A stretch of DNA of 63,742 bases from Octopus bimaculoides (taxonomy: Eukaryota): positions 41,126,289 to 41,190,030 of the forward strand of contig NC_068990.1 in NCBI RefSeq assembly GCF_001194135.2, written 5' to 3'. This document shows positions 13,605 through 27,398 of this stretch, piece after piece. Under the pieces are notes generated by a model, which had not been told where the DNA came from, searched no databases, and worked only from the letters and a program-made list of their open reading frames with translations. The number at the start of each line of letters is the position of its first letter. Within the stretch, counting starts at the first letter, position 1. A program made the translations under genes and the position numbers.

Positions 13605-13884
13605 TTCTTTTACTCGTTTCAGTCACTCGACAGTGGCCATACTGGAAAACTGCCTTGAAGGATTTAATCAAACTAATTAACTCCAGTACCTATTTTTTAA
13701 AAGCCTGGTACCTATTCTATAGGTCACTATTTACGCAGACATAAATAAAACAACAGCGGTTGTCTTGTGGTGCTGGGGAACAAACACAAACATCTCTCTC
13801 TCTCTCTCTCTCTCTCCATCTCTCTCTCCATCTCTCTCTCTCTCCATCTCTCTCTCTCTCTCTCCATCTCTCTCTCTCTCTCCA

Positions 13885-13915
<31 letters not shown>

Positions 13916-14072
13916 TGTCGAGCTTCTTTCAGTTTCTGTTTACCAAATTCACTCGCAAATTTTGGTCTGCCCTGTGCTGTAGCAGAAAACACCAGCCTAA
14001 GTTTCCACGCAGTTGGACTGAACCTAGCACTATGTGGCTGGGAAGCAAACTTCTTACCACACAGCCACGCCT
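13605..14072 (-). mobile_element. CORE-like tRNA-derived SINE (GTGGCTGTGTGGTAAG head) with an internal (CATCTCTCTC...)n expansion
   Basis: Head and ...GACTGAAAC tail match the 21552 and 46397 copies. Confidence 0.85.
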
Positions 14073-14369
14073 ACACCAATATGTTGATGATATCACAACT
14101 ATTCCGTTAATAATCAATAATTACTACTAATTATTTTTTTTAAGCTATTGACAGTATCATCGAATCCATACTGTCATCAACAATATTATAACTAAGCCCC
14201 AAACTCAGGAATCTTCAAATTTGGAGACTAAAGGTCAAACGAAATCATTTAGGAAATAATGTTTGAATAACTTGTGTTTTGAATGATAAATTACCCATTC
14301 GTCTTATCCTGGTGCGCGATATCATGGAGTACTACGCTGCTGTACCATTTGCAATATTTTATCGTGTGC

Positions 14370-14806
14370 AAGGCGGCGAGCTGGCAGAAACGTTAGCACG
14401 CCGGGCGAAATGCTTAGCAGTATTTTGTCTGCCGTGATGTTCTGAGTTCAAATTCCGCCGAGATCGACTTTGCCTTTCATCCTTTCGGGGTCGATAAGTT
14501 AAGTACCAGTTACGCACTTGGGTCGATGTGATCGACTTAATTTCTTTGTCTGTCTTTGTTTGTCCCCTCTATGTTTAGCCCCTTGTGGGCAATAAAGAAA
14601 TAATAAACGTTAGCACGTCGGGCAAAATGCTTCGCGGTATTTTGTCTGTCTTTGTGTTTTGAGTTCAAATGCCGTCGAGGTCGACTTTGCCTTTCATCCT
14701 TTCGGAGTCGATAAATTAAGTACCAGTTGCATACTGAGGTCGATCTAATCGACTGGCCCCCTCCCCAAAAATTTCGAGCCTTATGCCTAAAGTAGAAAAG
14801 AATATT
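14370..14806 (+). mobile_element. Dimeric family M SINE (two cores in tandem)
   Basis: Unit 1 ends GGGCAATAAAGAAATAA. Unit 2 begins AAACGTTAGCACG at ~14605. Confidence 0.92.
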
Positions 14807-15583
14807 TTAATTTGTGCGTACGTCTGTGTGTGTGCGTACATCTGGGTGTGTGCGTACGTCTGGGTGTGTGCGCGCGCGTTAAGTGTGTATGTTATATTCC
14901 ATAAACTGTCTGTTTACCTATTTTTAAGCTGACTGTTTAGAATTGAATTCAAAGATAATGAAAGAAAATTTTGTCTTCATGCTGTCTTTATATATCTACA
15001 TAAAGTCAATTATTTTTATTTTAATATACGCAAGAACATGTTCGTCGTATAATCATAGTTTAGTCATCGCTAAAATTAAATAGAATCTAAATTCAGTTCC
15101 ATGAAATTATTTACAATAATACTGCAATGATACTATATAACAATAATAATCCTGAGAGAAGTTTAATATTTGAACCTTTCTTAATTTCATTCACTGACTT
15201 GAACATCGGATGAAAAAAGCCAAATTACATATTTTTTAAATTATCGTGTTCCATATTATCATCGCAGTGTCTAGACAACCGACTATAGAGCATTACCACT
15301 GCATGGCAGCAAATATCACGTGAGGAACACTATATATATAAATGATGTCTGCAAGCTATTGCGTAGATATAACTTTTGCTAGATATTGCAGTCAAATATC
15401 CCTGAAATCAATATTTTCTTTTTCACTTTAAAAAAGGAATAATGTAGCCGAGATTATCATTAATGAAAATAAAGGATTGTCATATAAGGAGTGGATTTAG
15501 TCGTAGGTCTGCTTAATCAGACCTTGATCTTGAACTAAACAAGAACAATACTTCTATCGTTTGATAAAAATTAACGCAAATAT

Positions 15584-15616
<33 letters not shown>

Positions 15617-15779
15617 GCACAAGTAGTTAGACATAGCCATTGTTATAAAAATTCTTATGTCGTGTTGCAAGCTGTCTTCGGTAAATCTCAAAGAATTACC
15701 ACTACTACTACGACTACTACTACTAATGCTACTACTACTACTACTACCATAATTAAAAACTGCTTTTGATTCAGAAACA

Positions 15780-16190
15780 AGCCGAAGAGGAGGTTAGTCA
15801 ATATCATCGATCCTAGTATTCCTCTGGTACTGCATTTCATCGCATCCTTTAAGAACTGTAGGGTTGACCTGTGTGGGATATGAACTCAGTACTTCAAAAG
15901 ACAGAAGGAATACCACCATTTTGTCGGACGCTCTAACACTTCCACCAGCTCATCGCCTTACCTACAGTTAAGTTCCGTCTATAATAGTCACAAGGCCTGA
16001 AACTTTGTGGGAGAGAGCCAGTTGACCACATCCACCCCAGTGCTCAACTGGTGCTTATTTTATCAATCTCGACAGGATGAAAGACAAAGTCAACTTCGGA
16101 AGAATTTATACTGAGAACGAAAAGACAAATGAAATTCCACTAAGCATTTTGTCCGGCATACTAACGATTCTGCCAGCTCACCGCCATGCT
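15780..16190 (-). mobile_element. Two adjacent degenerate family M SINEs (15780-15960 and 15988-16190)
   Basis: Two reverse copies of the ...CCAGCTCA(T/C)CGCC head and core. Confidence 0.75.
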
Positions 16191-17029
16191 GCCTGCAAGC
16201 CGCCTTATGTCGACTAAGTCCAGCTTGTTCATCAGTGATGTGGTCTCTGATAAACTCTGTTGTTATACACAGGCAGACACGATCATCCAGTATCATACTG
16301 CAAACTGCAATGTCATCTATTGAATAGTTCAGCTGGACGTGATTGTACATCATTGTCACACAACAGAACGAGGTACGATACATTCGATGGGTGAAACCAA
16401 AATGGCTGTACATCATAACTAGATTGTTCTCGTTTCAGGAATAAGTCTACTCATTCAGAAATTAGTATGGATACTCCAGAAATGAGAGCATGGGATATTA
16501 CTCACCTCGGTTACACAGATGCAAAGAAACATGTCATGCAGTCTCAATGAACACATAAACGTGAAGCTGAAGTCACAGCTATGATGGAACTCCAGCATGG
16601 TCGCAGCCGCTTAGCTAACATTTATAAGAGAATGTGCATGTGTGTATGTGCATGTGTGCGTGTGTGTATGCGCGTTTATGTTTGTTTGTACGCATGCATA
16701 CAAGTATGTATGTAAGTATATATGTAAGTATATATGTATTTATGTATATATGTATGTATGTATGTATGTATGCATGCACGCATGTATGTATGTATGTATG
16801 TATGTTTGTACGTATACATTTGGAACAACAAAAAAGTTCTCAGTACACTAGATAGCGTTTATATTTACATGTAGATATGTATATACATACATAGATGAGT
16901 ATACATATATCGTAAACATACATATACACTAATATAGATACACACATACACAACATATAGATAAATACATTCACATATACATGCATACAGAGAGCTGCAG
17001 ATATATATATATATGACATACATACATAG

Positions 17030-17062
<33 letters not shown>

Positions 17063-17624
17063 NNNNNNNNNNNNNNNNNNNNNNNNNNNNNNNNNNNNNN
17101 NNNNNNNNNNNNNNNNNNNNNNNNNNNNNNNNNNNNNNNNNNNNNNNNNNNNNNNNNNNNNNNNNNNNNNNNNNNNNNNNNNNNNNNNNNNNNNNNNNNN
17201 NNNNNNNNNNNNNNNNNNNNNNNNNNNNNNNNNNNNNNNNNNNNNNNNNNNNNNNNNNNNNNNNNNNNNNNNNNNNNNNNNNNNNNNNNNNNNNNNNNNN
17301 NNNNNNNNNNNNNNNNNNNNNNNNNNNNNNNNNNNNNNNNNNNNNNNNNNNNNNNNNNNNNNNNNNNNNNNNNNNNNNNNNNNNNNNNNNNNNNNNNNNN
17401 NNNNNNNNNNNNNNNNNNNNNNNNNNNNNNNNNNNNNNGTGGTGGTGGTGGTGGTATTGATAGTGGAAGCGAGGGTGGTGGTGATGATGTTGGAATCAGA
17501 TCTATGCTGAACATACTTACCTACCCTTCTCCACCACACACATACTCCCACCCCAACTTGCAGACGATTGGGAACAGGCGGAAATTAAAGAAAAAGACGT
17601 CGAGAAATACGAAAGATAAATGGC

Positions 17625-17667
<43 letters not shown>

Positions 17668-17938
17668 GAGCTGGTGGTGACTACAACAACAATAATACAT
17701 ACCTAAACATCAACAACAATAACAATGATAACAGTTGCGGCAATAACAACAGAAACAAAAACATTTCCATGAACATCGGATTCAGAGAGGTAATAAATAG
17801 CAAATTATATGAGTGTAGATATGCCGCTGTGTGTATGTGTGTGTATGTGTGTGTATGTGTGTGTGTGCGTATGTTTGTTTCAGTGTATGTATGGTGTCTG
17901 TGTGTATGCACGTCTGCATGTCAGTGTGTAAAAAAAAA

Positions 17939-17978
<40 letters not shown>

Positions 17979-18158
17979 CCCAAGTATACACATAACGTAT
18001 ACGTATATTTATTACGCATTACTTCTATACTGCATATATACATACCCGCTCACACACGTACATACATACAAGCTTACACACACACACACATATATATATA
18101 TATACATATAAACATGCATACATATATACATACATGTATGTGTGTATGTATGTATGTA

Positions 18159-18206
<48 letters not shown>

Positions 18207-18210
18207 CATG

Positions 18211-18242
<32 letters not shown>

Positions 18243-18625
18243 CATACATACATATATATATATATAAACCGACATACTTATTTCCATATATACATACATT
18301 TCGATATGTACACGCATTTATTTTAGCTAATATGTCTGCGCATTTATAGATATAATTATTTTAATGTCTATACATGAGTGTGTGTTTGTGTGTGTGTGTG
18401 TGTATGTGTGCATACACGTGTACATGTGTGTCTGCTCGCATGTGTATGCCCATGTGCGTACGTGCCTACGTGTTCTTGTGTATGTTTAATGGCATAAGTA
18501 GGTAATTGTACAAGTAAGCTGCTGTCTGTGTACGTGAATGCGTATGGAAAGAAGAAGGTGTACTAACGCGTGCACGTGGTGCGTGAGCTTGCGTGTGCGT
18601 ATGTGTGTATGTGTGTGTATATGTA

Positions 18626-18686
<61 letters not shown>

Positions 18687-19217
18687 CTGTGCGTGCGAGC
18701 TTAGAGATGCAATTTGATATATTTTCAAAATGATTCCAAAAGGAAGAATCCATTATATTATTTCCAGACCACTTTTGGTTTCATTTCTTTATTTAGAATT
18801 AAAAGAATCAGCACTAATTTGGCCGAATGACCTCCTAGTGGAGAGACGGGAGATATAGACCGTCCAATAAATGGAAACAACAACAACAACAACAACAACA
18901 TCAACAACACCAACAAGAGCAGCAGCAGCAGCAACAGTGGAAATTACAAGAAGATCAACTACAACAACAACTACTACAACAACAACAACAATGCCGACAA
19001 CTATACTTAGTAATTGTTTTTGTTGTATGTGATTAATTAACGTAGTAACTAGCTTTAATATTATTGAATTAGTAGTAACTAAATAGTATTACCAACATAA
19101 CCAAGACTACTACTACTACTACTACTACTACTGCTACTGCTACTGCTGCTGCTGCTGCTACTGCTGCTGCTACTGCTGCTGCTACTGCAACTGCTGCCAG
19201 TGAGATATTTTCTACAT

Positions 19218-19376
19218 CAGTCATTGGAAATCTATAAGTCCGCAGACCGCATGCGGCCCGCGGGACTCTGAATGGTATCACCAGGAAATCAAGATAAGGA
19301 TTTTATTTTTTTAATTAGTGTGATTATGAACCATATGACATGTGGCGCATTTCTCGAAACTGGTTGCCAATGCCTG
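19218..19376. mobile_element. 159-bp hAT-type MITE
   Basis: TIRs CAGTCATTGGAAATC / GGTTGCCAATGCCTG. Subterminal CCGCATGCGGCCCGCGGG palindrome. Flanks TTCTACAT / TTCCACGT form an 8-bp TSD differing by two transitions. Confidence 0.8.
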
Positions 19377-19384
19377 TTCCACGT

Positions 19385-19530
19385 CGTCTCTCGACCTGCT
19401 AAAAGTAGCAGTTAAATGTCTATTAAATCATACACCGTTTCTTTAAATAATGTCGAAAGACTGGATGATCACAACTGGAGTGTACTTCTGATTATAAGTT
19501 TATCCGGTCCAGGTTAACCTGGTGTTAAAC
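19385..19530 (+). mobile_element. Fragment of a fourth dispersed SINE-like family (CTCGACCTGCTAGAAATAGCAGCCAAATCTCCCTCAAATCACACC core)
   Basis: Related degenerate copies at ~22540-22650(-), 25375-25500(-), 26870-27030(-) and 36530-36705(+). Confidence 0.55.
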
Positions 19531-20446
19531 AACAGCTACAGCAAATTCCAGAATTATTATCATCACCAGCACCATCAGGATTAACAACAATATGTATCAA
19601 AGCAAGAAAACCACAGCAATCACGATAGTGTAATCTTTAGCATGACATAAGCGGCTTTTTTGCAGAAAAAATGTTCCATGGTCAGATACTACATTCCAGA
19701 TTTTATGAGGAAGATAATATGAGACGTGGCATTCAAGATATCGTAAATTATACTCTAAGTTATTCTAAGAGACATTGAGTCCATGTGTATAGGAATGTAT
19801 AAACTATTATATAACTAACGAGACTGAATTAAATTTTTTTTCTATTTTTGTCAATGGTCAGTAAGTGTTATTTCCTATTTGCCTTTATCTAGAAATCAAA
19901 GGAAATAACTACTGCTCCCTTTTGTGACCTAGACATCAATGTTCTGAAATTGGCCTATTTTCCATTACATTTCAGAGAGATTCAGCGATGAGTTGCTGAA
20001 GCAGAAATATCGTTATGGCAAATATTCTGCTCAATACCATAAAATTGCTCGTCATTTGCTTAACCTTAACCACTTGAGTATGCCCCTTAGTGGCTGACAA
20101 TATGTGCATCTGTGATCATGAGCAGTAGTGAAGGAGCATCATAGCCATGTGTTGAGAGAAATTCTTTGGGGCTTGAATTAATTTAACAAAAGCAAAATTT
20201 GAAAGGAATATTAGCGATTTTCATACTTTCCAGTGGTAAGAAAACAGGAAGCAACAGTCGCTACCCAAGGGCAAAAATCGTGTTACACAGTGTTAATGAG
20301 ATTTTATGATGTTTATACTTTTCTATTTGGTTTTATCAATCAATCAGTCAATCATTCGATCAATCAAATAATCAATTTATATTCTTTCACAGTTGGCAAA
20401 AAACCTCTCCCTTATGTCTCTAGATCCTTCCGTTTAGACTTCTCTC

Positions 20447-20517
<71 letters not shown>

Positions 20518-20532
20518 AACTTGCCATTTAGA

Positions 20533-20578
<46 letters not shown>

Positions 20579-21406
20579 TCTCTCTTTCTCTCTTGTAATA
20601 GTTTCTAATTTCCTTGGGCGATTGCAGGTTTCAGTATACTTAGTGACTAATGGCTTCTGTAGTGTATTTCTCTGATCCCGGGTGCTGTGGGTGAACTTCG
20701 AATTAATACTGCTAATCCAACAGGAACGATTATTAAGAATCATTTGAGGAATTTATATCATACTAGCTATGGCATACCGAAAGTTTTAGGAGCCATTTAA
20801 AAGTTCAGCTGTATCATGGCCAGCCAATTGCTTGCTAGTACAGGGACACAGTCAATTAAATCAATTCCAACACTTGCATGGAACTTTATTTTATCAACTC
20901 TGGAAGAACGAATGGCAAAGTCCATCTCGGTGCTGATTAAAAATAAGATGTAAAGGGACGTAACTGAATACATTAAGTCATTTTATGTTCAAAAGATTCA
21001 GCTAACTCACTTCTGGGGATTGCTGTCATCACGATCACTATCATGATCGTCATCATCGTCCTCGTCGTCGTCATCATCATCATTACAATCAACAACATTG
21101 CCATCGTCGTCATCATGATCATCGTTATCGCCATCGTCGTGGTCGCCGTCATTGTTATAGTCGTCATCGTCGTCATCATTATCATCACCATCATCACCAT
21201 CATCAGTATCAGCAATATTGGCCTCAATATACAGTAGTAATGAGTCAGTTGTATTAAAGTTGGTAGAGAGAGCAATTATTGAGTAGTGAGTCAAATATTG
21301 TTAGTAAGAGAAGGGAGAGGTGATTGGAAAGGCGGAAGTGGAACAGGCAAAGGAAAGGGATAAGGAAAGGTGATAGTAGTAGTAGTAGTAGTAATAGTAG
21401 TAGTAA

Positions 21407-21457
<51 letters not shown>

Positions 21458-21551
21458 AATGGAAGGTGAAAGACGAATATAGCAAGAGGAAATGAAGAAG
21501 AATTGTGTGTGTGTGTGTGTTTTCATATATATGTGTGAGGATGTTCGAAAT

Positions 21552-21945
21552 GGCACAGAAGTGGCTGTGTGGTAAGTAGCTTGCTTGCCAACCACATGGT
21601 TCCGGGTTCATTCCCACTGGGCAAGTGTCTTCTACTATAGCCTCGAGCCGACCAAAGCCTTGTGAGTGGATTTGGTAGCCGGAAACTGAAAGAAGCCTGT
21701 CGTATATATGTATATGTATATATATGTGTGTATATGTTTGTGTGTCTGTGTTTGTCCCCCCTCCCCAACATCGCTTGACAACCGATGGTGGTGTGTTTAC
21801 GTCCCCGTAACTTAGCGGTTCGGTAAAAGAGACCGATACAATAAGTACTAGGCTTACAAAGAGTAAGTCGTGGGGTCGATTTGCTCCACTAAAGGTGGTG
21901 CTCCAGCATGACCGCTGTCAAATGACTGAAACAAGTAAAGGAGTA
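21552..21945 (+). mobile_element. CORE-like tRNA-derived SINE, full length
   Basis: GTGGCTGTGTGGTAAGTAGC...GGGTTCA...GGGCAAGTGTCTTCTACTATAGCCTC...AAATGACTGAAACAAGTAAA. Confidence 0.92.
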
Positions 21946-23119
21946 AGAATATGGAGTAAGAGGAAAGAAAAACTGCAAAAAATGAAATCTGTGAATGTGT
22001 TGAATGTTCCAGTAATTTTCTGTGATCGTTTGGTCAACTTTAAAGATGATATTTTACATGTTGTTGTCATTGTCGTTTAGCCCCAAGTCAAGCAAACTAT
22101 GACCGAACGCGTTCCAACTTTGACCATCACGTCTTATCTTTTTCAACCATAGTGCATCGTTAGGGCGTTGGATAGAATGCCCCGCGGTATTTGTCTCGAT
22201 TCTCTCTGCACTTTGAGTTCAAATATGGTGGAGGTCAACATATCTTTTATTCTTTGGGGGTTCCATAAACATTACCAATTCAGAGCCGTGGACTGTCGGA
22301 ACTGCTATAGAATCGGCTAAAATGTCTTGCGATATCTGTTTCGATGATACCAGTACCACGCTGAACCGGCCTAAGTCAGCGTCTTATCCTGAGGATAATA
22401 AACATAAGTGGCATTGAGAAAAGGCAGAGGTAACTGCCAGATTTTCCCAAACAAAAAGAAAAAAAAAAGAAAAAGATCTTGCCCATGGCTGAACATATAT
22501 GCGTAGATTGCATGGTAAATTTTGACCGCCGGATGGCCTTATGTATAATGAACTATATTGTCTAAAGTATCCATCATCTTGAAACACAATTAGGTGCGAT
22601 TTAAGAGATATTTGAATAATGTTTGTAGCAAGTTTAATAAGCATGTGTTGGCTGATTCGTTGGATGAATGTACTCAAGTATGGCAGATGTTAAACTTGTG
22701 TGTTCTATGGCTGGAGAGGTATAAATTTCAACCACAGTGACGTTGCTAAATCGTGAATTAAAACATATCGAACATGCTTACTTTTACATATTTCACTCTT
22801 TGGATTCAGGCCATGCTGAAGCAACCACGTTAGGGGCTTTTTAAAAAAATCCATGTTCACATTTTGATGTCTGGCATTTTTATTTTAATGAGCTTTAGCC
22901 CATGGGGCGTCAACATAAACACAGACATAAGACAGGGTTCTGCAAATACAAGTAATCACAAACACACATATTTATGTATATGTGTGTGCACATGGTTCTC
23001 CGTCGCATATATGCATGCATAAAAGTATGATGTATGTATGTACGTATGTATGTGTGTATGTATGTATGCATGTATGTATGTATGTATGTATGTATGTATG
23101 TATGTATGTATGTATGTAT

Positions 23120-23630
23120 ATTATTATTATTCAGTTTTATTTCAAGATCTCTTGCCGATAGAGAAAGAATCGGTTTCTACCGAAGATCCAATACTCCTTC
23201 ATTGAAATTTCAACAGCATAACAAGGTATTTGTGCATGTTTGTGAGTGTGTTGTTTCATGTATGCAGTCTCATGTAAACAACTTGTCATCTCGACATGCG
23301 CATATATACTTAAATATTAAACTTAAGGAAATGTTTACAAATGTTTACAGTTCCATTAATGGCTTGTATCTGTAATCTTCTAATTAGTTTTCACTTTTCT
23401 GGTTTTGAGGAACCTAATTTCTCATGATTGATGCTTAGGTAATTTGTTACATATCTCAGTGCCCCAATACTTAAAGGCATAAACCTGACCTACTCTATAC
23501 ATAATTTCTGTTCTCAGTCCAAAATCGCTCTCTGGCTTATTATGTTTATATTTTAAGGAGGTTTTCACTGAGACATTCCTCCACTACAGTTCCATACTGA
23601 GTCGCTATTGCCTCTACCATCCTATAGGTT
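23120..23630 (-). mobile_element. 3' end of an REL-type (R4/Dong/NeSL-like) non-LTR retrotransposon with a (TAA)n tail
   Basis: Minus frame FMPLSIGALRYVT...EKLGSSKPEK*KLIRRLQIQAINGTVNICKHFLKF resembles the REL C-terminus (IGALG...LQ...GT.RI). TAATAATAA tail at 23120-23131. Confidence 0.65.
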
Positions 23631-24334
23631 CTTATCTCTCTGACCTCAGGGCTATCCTTCCGATGTATGTATGTATGTATATATTCTTATTCTCCGGCTT
23701 TTAATTCTTTGAAATCTACTTGTGAGAAAGGAGCTGGTTTCTAACTCAGATGCATAACTCCGTCACTAGAATGTATAAAGCGAACAAAATTTCACATTTT
23801 AAACTTGAGAACAATCTCGCATTTTGTTTACTGTTCCACTTGTGGATTGTATTTATGAATTAGCTGTTTGATTTTTTTCTGAAAAACCCAGCTTATTCAG
23901 TTTTTCACTTGGATATTTACTCACAAAACCAAGTGCACAAATTATTATTGTTAAAATGTGAATTATAATCTGGATATAGAAGCTGGAGATTTCGAAGCAG
24001 ATGCCCATAGTTAACCTCCTATTCTTTGATTTCGAAGATATTCACATTTGTTATACATAAATATAAATACGTGTATATATATATATATATATATATATNN
24101 NNNNNNNNNNNNNNNNNNNNNNNNNNNNNNNNNNNNNNNNNNNNNNNNNNNNNNNNNNNNNNNNNNNNNNNNNNNNNNNNNNNNNNNNNNNNNNNNNNNN
24201 NNNNNNNNNNNNNNNNNNNNNNNNNNNNNNNNNNNNNNNNNNNNNNNNNNNNNNNNNNNNNNNNNNNNNNNNNNNNNNNNNNNNNNNNNNNNNNNNNNNN
24301 NNTATATATATATATATATATGGGGATGTGTGTG

Positions 24335-24477
24335 TCTACACGACGAACTTCCTCACAGTTTCCATCCAGAGATTAAAATAGAAACTAAAGGCACTTGTCC
24401 TAGATATTACGTTGCGGGGACGAACCGAAAACCACATACATGCGAAGGGAACTTCTTAACATCACAGCCATGCGTAC
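24335..24477 (-). mobile_element. Degenerate CORE-like SINE head
   Basis: ...CTTCTTAACATCACAGCCATGCG matches the reverse head of the family. Confidence 0.6.
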
Positions 24478-24539
24478 TTCGACAGAATGGATTAATTGAA
24501 ACTAAATAAAGACGAACTCTTAAAGATAAAAGAAAGTCT

Positions 24540-24800
24540 CTCTTTCTCTTCAATGATAGAATAATCAAAGGAGGGGAGCAGTGTCCTTGGCCTTTGCATG
24601 ACCTTTAGACATAAGAGATCGATTTGGTTGATATTCAACTTGAACATCTCTAGGTCAATCTGTGCAGGAAATACGTGGGCCGGAACTGAATTGAAAAGCG
24701 TTGCAGTCTGGGACGGAAGAACTGGGTTAGTAGTATTTAGTGCGGGTTCTGGAAGTTGAGGCACAGTAGGAGTGACAGTGGAAGGAGAGATGGGCTTGTT
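24540..24800 (-). mobile_element. CR1-clade LINE 3' relic
   Basis: PSQTATLFNSVPAHVFPAQIDLEMFKLNINQIDL matches the LINE ORF2 C-terminal pattern PRT..LWN.LP..VFP....L..FK..IN. Confidence 0.6.
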
Positions 24801-24951
24801 AGTGGGATGTGAATAGAGAAAGTGTGCAGAGAGTTATTTTAAAAGAACAGAGATTGTTGTTGTTGTTGGGGGGAGATGAAACAGTGAATTGGTGAATGAG
24901 GCGTTATTCATAAATCAAATGGCCTGCTTTTCATATGCTGCTTACGGTGTG

Positions 24952-25015
<64 letters not shown>

Positions 25016-25165
25016 NNNNNNNNNNNNNNNNNNNNNNNNNNNNNNNNNNNNNNNNNNNNNNNNNNNNNNNNNNNNNNNNNNNNNNNNNNNNNNNNNNNNN
25101 NNNNNNNNNNNNNNNNNNNNNNNNNNNNNNNNNNNNNNNNNNNNNNNNNNNNNNNNNNNNNNNNN

Positions 25166-25211
<46 letters not shown>

Positions 25212-25529
25212 ACTGGTGAAGTAGCAGAAATCTAGAAATGAAAAGGAACACAATACACAAAATTAGAGAAAGATATGAACTTCTTTTAAATTACAATAAT
25301 ACTGAGAGTTTATAGGTAAAAAGCAAAATTGGTTTTAATCTTTGCTATTCTTGTTATTATTATTGTGTTTTTTCTTGCTACTGTTTAGCCCAAGGCAAAA
25401 CCTGTCTAACTTTGGAGAAAGGTATATCAAGGAATACATTGACAAATGTAGTTTGTGATGGGAAAGAAATTTGGTTGCTATTTCTAGCAGCTCAAGCCCA
25501 ATGACGAGGACTCCCTTCACGAATCGCTA

Positions 25530-26200
25530 GTACTGGTGATGGTGGTAGTGGTGTTGATTGTGTAGGTGGTTATGTGGTTGTTAATAGTGGTGGTGGTAGT
25601 AGTGGTGGTCGGAGTGGGGTAGGGGTTGTTGTGGTGGTGGTTATTGGTGTGCTGGTGGAGATGGTGGTGATGGCTATTGTAGTGATGGTTGTAGCAATAA
25701 TTTACGAAGGTCGATGTGATAGCGGTGGTGTTGGCGGTGATGGTGTTAAGGTGAAGATGGCGTTATGGTGATGATGGTGGAGATGGTTGTGCGAAGGAGT
25801 CAACTATGGTGGCTTTAGTAGTAGTGGTAGTGGTGTTGATACTTATGGTGGCTGTGCTGTTGCTATTGTTAGTGTTGCTGTTGTAGCGGAGGTGGTGGTT
25901 AATGGTGCTGGGGTGGTTGCTATTGTTGTTGTTATTGATGCTACCGATGATGGTGGTAGGACTCTTGATTATGTTTGTTCTTGTTGGTGGTAGTGGTTGT
26001 GGTGTGGCTGATGATGCTGTTGGTGGAGATGCAGTTGATAGCGATGATGTTAGTAACCGTGGTAGTTGTAATGATAGCTGTTGTGATTTTGCTGTCACTT
26101 GTTTGTCGTCGACGTAGTTATTAGGTGATATATTTTTTGTCGTTGTAGTGTTTGTGTTGTAATTGTTATTGTTGGTGTTGTTGCGGAGGTAAAGATGATT
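25530..26200. repeat. Degenerate (GGT/GTT/GAT)n trinucleotide region
   Basis: Direct reading. Confidence 0.9.
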
Positions 26201-26231
26201 TTGCTTTAATTAAAGTATTACTGTGTAACAA

Positions 26232-26622
26232 TGGAGGCTCAATGGCCCAGTGGTTAGGGAAGCGGACTCACGGTCATAGGATCGCGGTTTCGATTCCCAG
26301 ACCGGGCGTTGTGAGGGTTTATTAAGTGAAAACACCTAAAGCTCCACGAGGCTCCGGCAGGGGATGGTGGCGAACCCTGCTGTACTCTCTCACCACAACT
26401 TTCTCTCACTCTTTCTTCCTGTTTCTGTTGTATCTGTAATTCAAAGGGTCAGCCTTGTCACACTGTGTCACGCTGAATATCCACGAGAACTACGTTAAGG
26501 GTACACGTGTCTGTGGAGTGCTCAGCCACTTGCACGTTAATTTCACGAGCAGGCTGTTCCGTTGATCGGACCAACTGGAACCCTCGACGTCGTAAGCGAC
26601 GGAGTGCCAGCAAGCAAGCAAA
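26232..26622 (+). mobile_element. tRNA-derived SINE, head A + tail Y, with an (AAGC)n end
   Basis: TGGCCCAGTGGTTAG A-box and GGTTTCGATTCCC B-box. The tail is shared with the 39983 copy. Confidence 0.92.
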
Positions 26623-27398
26623 CTGAGTAACATTTAACGCCTGCGTATATTTTTAATACATCAGAACTGAAAGGTACTCCCATGATACTCCTTGTAACTT
26701 AGAGGACGAAAATCACGTGGTACTTCTTTAATTGTAGATTTTTAACCCCTAATTTACATGGAGATTAAATAGAAGCAATTTTTGAATTTAAAAAACTGAA
26801 ATTATTAAAAAAGAAAACACCTAACAATTGTTATTTTTACACTGTCTTTTTTTAAAACCCCGAGTCAGTTCTCATTTAGCATGTCTATGATCAAAGGAAT
26901 TTCAACCGTCACAATACTTTTTGTCCTGACTGCAGGAAACATGGGGTTCCATCATCGAAAGTGACCTTTTCTTAAGGGTGTGATTTGAATGATAATTAGC
27001 TGTTATTTTTAGCAATTTCGTTGACCACATAAGAGCTTTGTATTTGTGTATGTGTTTTACAATAACTGGTTTAGATAAAATGTCAAATTAGTTTGATAAT
27101 TATTGCAGCTGATATAAAACACTGGACTGAAAACTAATGATTTCTAATTTTGGCTCAGAGTCGCTGAAATAGGGGTAAATTATGGTAGTTAAATCTCCCT
27201 CAAACCTCCTCACCCTGCATTTGTTTTTCTTTTGCGTTCTCATTTTTTTTATTGGGTCTACTTTTAGATTTTGTGTGCGAATGCTTATGAGTGCTTGATA
27301 AGATATGCATTTGAGAATATATCTGTGTGCATGCGTGTGCGGGCGCGCACTCACATCGAATGTCAAGTTGTTAATAATATAAGTTGTTAAAGAGAGAT

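Noticed and set aside
18875-19010. PolyQ-like reading frame
   Set aside because: Ordinary (CAA/CAG)n microsatellite with no splice or start context.
19976-20077. 102-nt phase 1-1 open exon candidate (RFSDELLKQKYRYGKY...)
   Set aside because: Its 3' half and donor appear to run into a dispersed-repeat-like sequence (recognised from memory, unverified), and the donor is only moderate.
24492-24764. 90-aa Pro/Thr-rich ORF as a host exon
   Set aside because: Better explained as a CR1-clade LINE ORF2 C-terminus.
26232-26310. tRNA genes at SINE heads (also 13230-13303 and 39983-40050)
   Set aside because: A and B boxes are present, but no complete cloverleaf is evident and each continues into a SINE body.
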